From: Calditrichia bacterium
Lineage (GTDB): Bacteria > Calditrichota > Calditrichia > RBG-13-44-9
Direction of reading: 5' to 3'
NCBI GenBank assembly: GCA_037381445.1
Contig: JARRQT010000104.1
Location: 1-16,508, forward strand
Length of the DNA: 16,508 nucleotides
Positions 8,637-16,214 of this stretch are shown in pieces. The first letter of the stretch is position 1. Each line of letters opens with the position of its first letter. The notes beneath the pieces are model-generated. The model saw nothing but the letters and a program-made list of their open reading frames with translations. It was not told the origin of the DNA and did no database searches. The position numbers and the translations under genes are program-made.

Positions 8637-9218
8637 TTAGTCTTCAATTCTCTCTTTTATTTCTTCCGCGAGTTCGTAACCTAATTTCAGTGCCAACAGG
8701 TTCAATTTCTCCGTTCCTTTGGGGACCCGGGCCAGAACAGCTTTCTCCAGCGCTTTGCGGCTCACCACGCCGCTTAATCCAACCAGCGCGCCCAATGAGA
8801 CAATATTGGTAGTCATCGTTTTTCCCACCTTTTCCCGGGCCGTTCTAACTAACGGCAAAGAGGTCACCCTTACCGGCGGCAAGTGATCTACCGCATCGGA
8901 ATCCACCAGAAGCAATCCTTTATCCTTAAGATCGTGCGAGTATTTGTCGCAGGCTTCCTGATTGAGAGCCAGCAAAAAATCAAGGCGCGTGGTTTTGGGA
9001 TAAAGAATTTCATCATCACTGATAATCACTTCGCTTTTGCTAGCACCGCCGCGTGCTTCTGGTCCATAACTCTGGGTTTGAATGGCATTTTTTCCTTCGT
9101 AAATGGCTGCAGCCTCAGCAAGGATAACACCGGCCAGAATAAGCCCCTGTCCTCCGGAACCGCTCAAACGAATTTCAATCTTTTGAGACTGCCTGCTTAC
9201 TTTCTTGCTTTGATTCAT
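8637..9218 (-). CDS. korC: 2-oxoacid:ferredoxin oxidoreductase gamma subunit
   Basis: IRLSGSGGQGLILAG and QTQSYGPEARGGASKSEV motifs; position in the kor cluster. Confidence 0.92.
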   Translation of the reverse strand: MNQSKKVSRQSQKIEIRLSGSGGQGLILAGVILAEAAAIYEGKNAIQTQSYGPEARGGASKSEVIISDDEILYPKTTRLDFLLALNQEACDKYSHDLKDKGLLLVDSDAVDHLPPVRVTSLPLVRTAREKVGKTMTTNIVSLGALVGLSGVVSRKALEKAVLARVPKGTEKLNLLALKLGYELAEEIKERIED

Positions 9219-10074
9219 CTTTTTTCTCGCCTTTGCTCAACTGTGTCATCTGATCCTGAATTTGGTATTTCTCGATTATTTTTTGATATTCCGCCGTAAA
9301 TTCCGGCTTCTCCTCATTGTGAATAACACCGATAAAAAATTTATCTTTCATCTGTTCGGGTGTCAATCTTGATTTGGAAGCGACTGGCACCGCATTTTCC
9401 TTGAAATATTTTAACATTTGCGGCGCGTCGCCCCGTTTATTCCACTTGCCTTCGTACGTGGGGCATTGGGAATAGACTTCCACCAGCGAAAAACCTTTGT
9501 TTTGCAGCGCCTGCTGAATCAAGCGATCCATGGCAGGTACATGATAGGCGGTCGTTCTGGCCACAAAGCTGGCGCCAGCCGCAACGGCCAGGTTGGAAAT
9601 ATCGAAAGGATGTTCCGGATTCCCGTGCTTGGCTGTAGATCCCCGCCCCCCATATGGCGTTGTCGGAGAAACCTGTCCGCCGGTCATTCCATAGATGTTA
9701 TTATTCATCAGAATGACGGTCAGATCAAAATTTCTTCTGGCCGCATGAATAAAATGATTGCCGCCGATTGCGGTTGCGTCGCCATCTCCCGTAATCACAA
9801 TCACATGCAGCTTGGGGTTGGCCAATTTGAGGCCCGTTGCAAACGCAATGGGCCGTCCGTGCAGAGTGTGCAGCGTGTTAAAATCAACGTAGGCCGTCAT
9901 GCGGCTGGAACAGCCGATGCCGCTCACCATTGCGACTTCGTCTTTATTCAATTGCAATTTATCAATGGCACGTATCAAAGAGCCCATCACTACACCATGC
10001 CCGCAACCCGGACACCAGACGTGCGGGAATTTTTTCTTTGCACGTAAATAATTTAATACTAATGGCTGTATCAT
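9175..10074 (-). CDS. korB: 2-oxoacid:ferredoxin oxidoreductase beta subunit (TPP-binding)
   Basis: WCPGCG, SGIGCS, HTLHGR, TGDGD...NNNIYGMTGGQ TPP motif; ATG directly follows the korA stop (TAAATG). Confidence 0.95.
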   Translation of the reverse strand: MIQPLVLNYLRAKKKFPHVWCPGCGHGVVMGSLIRAIDKLQLNKDEVAMVSGIGCSSRMTAYVDFNTLHTLHGRPIAFATGLKLANPKLHVIVITGDGDATAIGGNHFIHAARRNFDLTVILMNNNIYGMTGGQVSPTTPYGGRGSTAKHGNPEHPFDISNLAVAAGASFVARTTAYHVPAMDRLIQQALQNKGFSLVEVYSQCPTYEGKWNKRGDAPQMLKYFKENAVPVASKSRLTPEQMKDKFFIGVIHNEEKPEFTAEYQKIIEKYQIQDQMTQLSKGEKKDESKQESKQAVSKD

Positions 10075-10867
10075 TTATTTTGCCTCGCGTATTTTACTAA
10101 TAATTTGATTGGGAGTAATCATTTCTCCGTCATAGCGGTTAATGCCATAAATGCGTTTATGGAAACATTCCGCCTTTTTCACTTCATGAATAATCTGGCC
10201 CTGATTCATTTCCACAACGAAAACCTGGTCAACCTGTTTCATGAGTCGGGCAAGTTCCTTTTCCGGGAACGGCCACACACTGATGGGACGGAACAAACCA
10301 ACTTTCCGGCGGTGCGCACGCAGATATTCAACCGCTTCCTTCGCCGAACGGGCAACCGAACCGACCGCCACGATTAAGGTGTTGGCGTCCTCGGTATACA
10401 ATTTCTCATAATCGTAAATCTGCGAGGTGGCGCGCATAATTTTGTCGCGCAGTTTATCCATTTTTTGGGTAATCTCATACTCCTTATTGGTCGGGAAGCC
10501 CATTTCGTCGTGGGTCAGCCCGGTGATGTTGTAGCGATAACCGGTTCCGAAACTGGCCATGGGCGAAATGAAATCCGTTGTAATTTCATATGGTTTGTAC
10601 CACTCCGGCGGCACAATGGGCGTTACCCTGTTTTCCAGCAACAGATTCTCATAATCCGGCAGGGAGATTTTTTCCCGCATATGGCCGATTGCTTCATCCA
10701 TCAGCAGGATGACTGGTACACGAAATTTTTCGGCCAAATTAAATGATTTTATAGTAAGATAAAATGCTTCCTTTACAGATTCAGGAGCCAGGGCAATGGG
10801 ATAATGGTCGCCATGGGTTCCCCACCACTGCCTCGTTCCCTTGAACTAAGCGAACTTCTTCTGACAT
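10075..10867 (-). pseudogene. korA: 2-oxoacid:ferredoxin oxidoreductase alpha subunit, disrupted by an internal deletion and frameshift
   Basis: RBS TAAGGA plus ATG 10867 gives MSEEVRLVQGNEAV, the usual KorA N-terminus, but this frame stops at TGA 10783-10781. The KorA C-terminal part WGTHGDHYPIALAPESVKE...AEKFRVPVILLMDE...REAK begins at 10824 in another frame. The YPITP, EDE, TSGPG and RGGPSTG motifs are absent. Confidence 0.85.
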
Positions 10868-10891
10868 TTTTAATTCCTTATTTTTAAAAAT

Positions 10892-11179
10892 TTATTCCTG
10901 ATTTGCTTTGGGCGCTTTGCGGGGACTTCCCACTACCATGATTGCGAAATCGGGGCAGTGGAGCTCACAAATTTTGCAGCCTGTGCACGTTTCAGGATAT
11001 TTTATGTATACTTTTCCTTCAGCGTCTGAATCCAGCGTTCCCTGCGGACAGAGATCGTAACAGATGCCGCATGACTTGCACCATTTCTGGTAGATCACCA
11101 GCATATCCGAGCGGCGCGGTCTCTCCACACTTTTCTGGGTTAATTCTTCTTTCAGGCGCTCAACGATGACTTCTTCCAT
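10892..11179 (-). CDS. korD: 2x[4Fe-4S] ferredoxin-like delta subunit
   Basis: CKSCGICYDLCP and CTGCKICELHCP motifs; RBS GGAG; directly upstream of korA. Confidence 0.88.
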   Translation of the reverse strand: MEEVIVERLKEELTQKSVERPRRSDMLVIYQKWCKSCGICYDLCPQGTLDSDAEGKVYIKYPETCTGCKICELHCPDFAIMVVGSPRKAPKANQE

Positions 11180-11240
11180 ATAAAATTCTCCAACTCTTTG
11201 CTAAAAGAATAACAAATATACTAAAGCAGCATAATATAGT

Positions 11241-12119
11241 CTATGCTTTTTTTAAAATGCCCGCAACGGTTTTCCCGATTTCCGCGGGACTTTTGCAAAC
11301 CGTAATTCCGGCTTTTTCCAGGGCTTTCATCTTATCCGCGGCAGTGCCTTTCCCGCCGCTGATAATCGCGCCTGCATGCCCCATTCTTCTTCCAGGAGGC
11401 GCAGTTTGCCCGGCGATAAATGCCACAACCGGCTTATTAAAATTGGCTTTGATCCAGGCAGCAGCTTCTTCTTCGGCTGTACCGCCAATTTCACCAATCA
11501 GTACTACTAACTCAGTTTCGTCATCTTCCTTGAATAACTTAAGGGCATCGATAAAACGGGTACCAATGACCGGATCGCCTCCGATACCGATACAGGTGGA
11601 CTGGCCCAGGCCTTCCCGGGTAATCTGATCAACCGCCTCGTAGGTCAGGGTGCCGCTACGGCTGATAACTCCTACCGTTCCCTCGCGGTGAATGAAACCC
11701 GGCATAATGCCCACCTTGCATTTTCCCGGCGAAATAATGCCGGGGCAATTGGGGCCAATCAGGCGCGTATTGGTTGTTTTCAAATAATCATACACTTTCA
11801 GCATGTCCAGTGCGGGAATCCCCTCACTGATGCAGGCAACCGTCTCAATGCCAGCGCCAGCCGCTTCGTAAATCGCATCCGCAGCAAATGCGGGCGGAAC
11901 AAAAATGACAGAGACATTCGCCTTTGTCTTTTGAACGGCCTCGCGCACCGTATTAAAAACAGGCACATTATCCATGAAGGTCTGTCCCCCTTTGCCGGGC
12001 GTGACCCCCGCGACGACATTTGTGCCGTATTCAATCATCTGTCCGGCATGAAAGGAACCTTCGGAACCGGTAATGCCCTGGACCAAAACACGGGAGGTTT
12101 TATCCACAAGAATACTCAT
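11241..12119 (-). CDS. sucD: Succinyl-CoA synthetase alpha subunit
   Basis: [49 protein letters not shown] (phospho-His); RBS AAGGAG before ATG 12119. Confidence 0.97.
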   Translation of the reverse strand: MSILVDKTSRVLVQGITGSEGSFHAGQMIEYGTNVVAGVTPGKGGQTFMDNVPVFNTVREAVQKTKANVSVIFVPPAFAADAIYEAAGAGIETVACISEGIPALDMLKVYDYLKTTNTRLIGPNCPGIISPGKCKVGIMPGFIHREGTVGVISRSGTLTYEAVDQITREGLGQSTCIGIGGDPVIGTRFIDALKLFKEDDETELVVLIGEIGGTAEEEAAAWIKANFNKPVVAFIAGQTAPPGRRMGHAGAIISGGKGTAADKMKALEKAGITVCKSPAEIGKTVAGILKKA

Positions 12120-12226
12120 TTTTTCTCCTTCGCATTTCAATGCGTTTTAACGATTAGAATTTAATTTGTTTCACCATTTCAGAAATTCTTACAATCGTTT
12201 ACCGCCGGAATTATCAAGCTTTCTGC

Positions 12227-13387
12227 CTACTTCAGAGTGTTCACCACTTTGCGGGCCGCCTCTTCCAGCGTCTGCGCAACCTCGAAATTCATTCCGGATT
12301 TTTCCAGCAGATCGGCAGCCTCCTCCGCATTTGTTCCGGCAAGCCGGATAACCATCGGGACTTTTATTTCGATAGACTTGGCTGCTTCGATAATTCCTTT
12401 TGCCACCCGGTCGCAGCGCACAATTCCGCCAAAAATATTGATCAAAATGGCTTTTACATTAGGATCGGATAGAATGATCTTGAAACCGTTGCGCACAGTT
12501 TCCACATTCGCGCCGCCGCCGACATCCAGAAAATTTGCGGGCATTCCCCCGGCATGCTTGATGATATCCATCGTCGCCATGGCCAGTCCCGCGCCATTCA
12601 CCATACAGCCCACATTCCCGTCCAGTTTGATATAATTGAGCTTATATTTTGAAGCTTCCACTTCCAGCGGATCTTCCTCATTCAGATCGCGCATCTCAAG
12701 GATATCTTTGTGCCGGAACAGCGCACTATCGTCGAAATTCATCTTGGCATCCAGCGCCAGAACATTCCCGTCTCCAGTCACCACCAGCGGATTGATTTCC
12801 GCCAGCGAAGCATCACTTTCCACAAACGCGCGGTAAAGGCTGAGGATGAACTTGACTGCATTTTTAACCTGATCACCTTCCAGGCCCAATCCGAATGCAA
12901 TTTCGCGGGCCTGATAAGGCTTCATGCCGATTTTAGGATTTACATATTCCTTAATGATGGCATCCGGCTTTTCGGCGGCAACCTTTTCGATCTCAACACC
13001 GCCTTCGGTGGAAGCCATAAAAACCAGTTCGGAGACAGCGCGGTCCAGAACGATGCCCAGATAAAGCTCTTTCGCGATATCAATTCCTTCTTCAATCAGT
13101 ACCCTGCGGACCTTTTTCCCTTCCGGACCTGTTTGATGGGTCACGAGCGTCATTCCCAGCATTTCCGAGGCCAGCTTTTTCACTTCTTCCACGGATTTGG
13201 CCAGTTTTACCCCACCGGCTTTTCCCCTTCCGCCGGCGTGTATCTGGGCTTTCACCACAAAAATATTTCCGCCCAGCTCACGGGCATTCGCCTCCGCCTC
13301 TTCCGGGGTAAACGCGACTTTCCCCCGCGGCACCGCCACCTGATATTTCCGCAATATCTCCTTCGCCTGATATTCATGAATATTCAT
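12227..13387 (-). CDS. sucC: Succinyl-CoA synthetase beta subunit
   Basis: [67 protein letters not shown]; start set at ATG 13387. Confidence 0.97.
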   Translation of the reverse strand: MNIHEYQAKEILRKYQVAVPRGKVAFTPEEAEANARELGGNIFVVKAQIHAGGRGKAGGVKLAKSVEEVKKLASEMLGMTLVTHQTGPEGKKVRRVLIEEGIDIAKELYLGIVLDRAVSELVFMASTEGGVEIEKVAAEKPDAIIKEYVNPKIGMKPYQAREIAFGLGLEGDQVKNAVKFILSLYRAFVESDASLAEINPLVVTGDGNVLALDAKMNFDDSALFRHKDILEMRDLNEEDPLEVEASKYKLNYIKLDGNVGCMVNGAGLAMATMDIIKHAGGMPANFLDVGGGANVETVRNGFKIILSDPNVKAILINIFGGIVRCDRVAKGIIEAAKSIEIKVPMVIRLAGTNAEEAADLLEKSGMNFEVAQTLEEAARKVVNTLK

Positions 13388-13729
13388 GGAGGAACCCCTT
13401 GTTTTTTTAATTACCAATTATTTTAATTAGCTGAATGAATCGAATAAAAACCATGTTCCTGTCGTCAAATTCATATACGTTTCTACCCTGTAAATCCCGA
13501 TTAGACCGGGTAACAAAATAAAAATGACTTTTTTCGGAATGAATCGTTCAGTTTTCTGCCCTGCATATTTTCCTATCCTCACCCCCGGATTCACCGATTT
13601 TCGGCCGGATTGCTCATAATTTATAAAAAACAAACTAACCTGCTGCCAACCGGCCCTATCTGTAACGTATATTTTTAGTCTGAGTTCTCTTATTTAAGAG
13701 TTTAAAAAATAATACTTTTAAGATAGTTG

Positions 13730-14680
13730 TCAGGGAAGAATCACGGTCCCTGCATTGCCCCGGGCAGCTTCCACAGATTTTTCGATGGAGGTAATTATCA
13801 CCCGTTCGCCGCCGCTTTCCAGGAAGTTAATGGCTGCCTGAATTTTCGGCCCCATGCTGCCGGCGGGAAATTGTTTTTCCGCCAGATATTTTTTTGCCTC
13901 AGCAACCGTCATCTTGTCCAGAAAAACCTGATCCGGCTTTCCAAAATTAAGCGCGACCCTCTCCACGGCAGTCAGAATCATCAGTTCCTGCGCTCCCACA
14001 TCGCGGCCCAATACCGCCGAAGCCAGATCCTTATCAATCACCGCATCAAGGCCTTCCAGCCAGCCGTTCTTTTTATCAACATAAACCGGGACTCCACCGC
14101 CACCGGCGGCGATGACAACCACATTATTCTCAATCAAGAGCCTGATAATATTCTTGCCTACAATTTCCAGAGGAACTGGTGAGGGAACTACCCGCCGCCA
14201 TCCCCGGCCCGGATCTTCTTTTAATACCCAGCCCGGCCGGCTTCTCATGTCCTCAACCTGATCTTCCTTATAAAACGGGCCCACATATTTGGTGGGATTC
14301 TGAATGGAAGGATCATCCGGATCGACCAAAACCTGGGTCACAATGGTGGCGACCTCTCTTCTTACCTCGCCGTCATGCATTTTATTCTGCAGACACTGTT
14401 CTATCATATAACCCATACCGCCCTCGGTATCGGCAACAATTACTCCCAGCGGCAAAATGGGAACCAAATGACGGGTCTCCTCCACACGAATCAGGGCATT
14501 CCCCACCTGCGGTCCGTTGCCATGGGTTATCAATACCCGATGCCCCTGCCGGATTAGTTCCACGACGCCCCGCAGGCTCTGCCGGGTATTGGTAAACTGC
14601 TGATGAATATTTCCTTCTTCAAACTGCTGGCTGATCGCATTTCCGCCCAATGCGATTACAATTGTCTTTTGCTCATTCAT
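13730..14680 (-). CDS. arcC: Carbamate kinase
   Basis: VIALGGNA, THGNGPQVG, PTKYVGPFY, GWRRVVPSP, AGGGGVPV, AVIDKD, GSMGPKI; RBS AAGGA. Confidence 0.95.
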   Translation of the reverse strand: MNEQKTIVIALGGNAISQQFEEGNIHQQFTNTRQSLRGVVELIRQGHRVLITHGNGPQVGNALIRVEETRHLVPILPLGVIVADTEGGMGYMIEQCLQNKMHDGEVRREVATIVTQVLVDPDDPSIQNPTKYVGPFYKEDQVEDMRSRPGWVLKEDPGRGWRRVVPSPVPLEIVGKNIIRLLIENNVVVIAAGGGGVPVYVDKKNGWLEGLDAVIDKDLASAVLGRDVGAQELMILTAVERVALNFGKPDQVFLDKMTVAEAKKYLAEKQFPAGSMGPKIQAAINFLESGGERVIITSIEKSVEAARGNAGTVILP

Positions 14681-14708
14681 TTTTATGATTCCTTGCCTGT
14701 GTGATAGT

Positions 14709-14735
14709 CTAAGCTTATGAAATTTTACAGCTTAG
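14709..14735 (-). promoter_or_regulatory. Putative arcC -10 element (TAAAAT) inside an inverted repeat (candidate operator)
   Basis: CTAAGCT-N13-AGCTTAG inverted repeat enclosing minus-strand TGTAAAAT (14722-14729), ~30-55 nt upstream of the arcC start. Confidence 0.4.
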
Positions 14736-14771
14736 GTATTAAGATTCGAATTAATGAATTAAGAATCAACC

Positions 14772-14818
14772 AAAAAATAAAAATGCTGAAAGCCCCGCCA
14801 GGAAGCTTCCAGCATTTT
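14772..14818 (-). terminator. Rho-independent terminator between the arcE-like gene and arcC
   Basis: Minus strand AAAATGCTGGAAGCTTC-ctggc-GGGGCTTTCAGCATTTT followed by TATTTTTT; G-U pairs favour the minus strand. Confidence 0.85.
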
Positions 14819-14838
14819 GACATAAATGATACTGGCTA

Positions 14839-16152
14839 TTAAAGAAATTTCTTCAATGCATCTTTTAAATCGGGTTTGCCGATTTCCTGCAATTCGTAGG
14901 TAACCCTAACGGCCGGCTTGTTGATTTTGACCAGCTTGCGAAGGTCGATGGGTGTTCCGATGATAACCACATCGCAATCGGTGCGATTGATGGTTTCTTC
15001 CAGGTCCTTCACCTGCTGATCGCCATAGCCCATGGCGGGGAGAAGCGTCCCGATTTCCGGATATTTTTCGTAAGTCTGGGTGATGGTGCCAACCGTGTAC
15101 GGACGGGGATCCACGAGTTCCGCCGCACCAAATTTTTCGGCCGCGACAATTGCTGCCCCATAGGTCATTTCACCGTGGGTCAGTGTAGGTCCGTCTTCAA
15201 CAGCCAGTACTCTTTTACCCTTAATAATATGGTAATCTTCCACAAAAATCGGCGATGCGCCTTCTATAATCATGGCATCCGGATTGACTTCGAAGATGGA
15301 TTCGCGTACCGCGCGCACATCTTCATTATCAGCAGTGTCCATCTTGTTGATGACGATAACATCGGCCATGCGCAGGTTGGCCTCTCCGGGATAGTAGAAC
15401 AGCTCGTCGCCGGGACGATGGGGATCAGCAACCGTGATGTGAAGGTCGCTTTTGTAGAATGGCAGGTCGTTGTTTCCGCCGTCCCACACAATGACATCGG
15501 CTTCTTTTTCTGCTTCGCGCAGAATCGCTTCATAATCCACACCGGCATAAATTACGTTGCCGCGTACCACATGCGGTTCATATTCTTCGCGTTCTTCGAT
15601 GGTGCATTTATGCTTGTCCATATCCGCCAGCGTAGCGAAGCGCTGCACTTTTTGCTCAACCAGATTTCCATAAGGCATGGGGTGCCGGATTGCCACCACT
15701 TTCTTTCCTGCTTCCTGCAGCAGTTCAATCACCCGGCGGGTGGTCTGGCTTTTGCCGCTTCCGGTGCGGACCGCGCAAACGGCGATAACCGGTTTGGTGG
15801 ATTTTACCATGGTGCGCTTCGGGCCCATTACCTTGAAATCGGCGCCCGCCGCATTCACCAGGGCGGATTTGCTCATGACATAATCATACGGAACATCGCT
15901 GTAGGAAAATACAACTTCATCCACATCGAATTTCTTAATCAGTTCGGCCAGTTCAGCTTCCGGATATATGTTAATTCCCTGCGGATAGAGTTTCCCGGCC
16001 AGTTCGGCAGGATACTTACGGCCTTCAATATTGGGAATTTGCGTGGCGGTAAATGCGACAACTTCATACTGTTCATTATCGCGGAAGAACGTGTTAAAAT
16101 TGTGAAAATCTCTTCCTGCAGCACCCATAATCAAAACTTTTATTCGTTGCAT
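14839..16152 (-). CDS. arcE: Probable arginine synthetase (ArcE); family usually annotated as cyclic 2,3-diphosphoglycerate synthetase-like P-loop GTPase
   Basis: MGAAGRDFHNFN, VAFTATQIP, P-loop AVRTGSGKSQT, RHPMPYG, CTIEEREEYE, WDGGNND, EDGPTLTHG and LPAMGYG motifs, recognised from memory of the Thermococcus ArcE family; adjacent to carbamate kinase; RBS AAGGAGG. Confidence 0.8.
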   Translation of the reverse strand: MQRIKVLIMGAAGRDFHNFNTFFRDNEQYEVVAFTATQIPNIEGRKYPAELAGKLYPQGINIYPEAELAELIKKFDVDEVVFSYSDVPYDYVMSKSALVNAAGADFKVMGPKRTMVKSTKPVIAVCAVRTGSGKSQTTRRVIELLQEAGKKVVAIRHPMPYGNLVEQKVQRFATLADMDKHKCTIEEREEYEPHVVRGNVIYAGVDYEAILREAEKEADVIVWDGGNNDLPFYKSDLHITVADPHRPGDELFYYPGEANLRMADVIVINKMDTADNEDVRAVRESIFEVNPDAMIIEGASPIFVEDYHIIKGKRVLAVEDGPTLTHGEMTYGAAIVAAEKFGAAELVDPRPYTVGTITQTYEKYPEIGTLLPAMGYGDQQVKDLEETINRTDCDVVIIGTPIDLRKLVKINKPAVRVTYELQEIGKPDLKDALKKFL

Positions 16153-16181
16153 TATTTGTTTCCTCCTTTACGATTTCAATA

Positions 16182-16214
16182 ATTATATTTATTTACGCTC
16201 CCATGAATATTCAT
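16182..16214 (-). promoter_or_regulatory. Putative proximal arcE promoter: TATAAT -10 with a perfect palindrome at the -35 position
   Basis: Minus-strand TATAAT at 16182-16187; ATGAATATTCAT palindrome at 16203-16214. Confidence 0.45.

Noticed and set aside
10075..10737. 220-aa ORF as a complete stand-alone gene starting at TTG 10737
   Set aside because: KorA homology continues 29 codons upstream in the same frame and there is no RBS; it is the 3' part of the disrupted korA
10781..10867. Programmed frameshift or TGA recoding to rescue korA
   Set aside because: No slippery heptamer at the junction, and the catalytic segment is missing altogether, so recoding could not give a full enzyme
9418..13426. 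Plus-strand ORFs of 60-238 aa opposite korB, korA, korD, sucD and sucC
   Set aside because: Antisense shadows of conserved genes; no RBS or domain signatures
13427..13633. 68-aa minus-strand ORF between arcC and sucC
   Set aside because: TTG start, no RBS, no recognisable domain; more likely the sucC promoter/leader region
14839..16152. Annotation as cyclic 2,3-diphosphoglycerate synthetase or generic GTPase
   Set aside because: The GAAGRDFHNFN N-terminus and linkage to carbamate kinase fit the ArcE clade better; no 2-phosphoglycerate kinase nearby
15175..16182. 335-aa plus-strand ORF
   Set aside because: Antisense shadow of the arcE-like gene with no recognisable motifs
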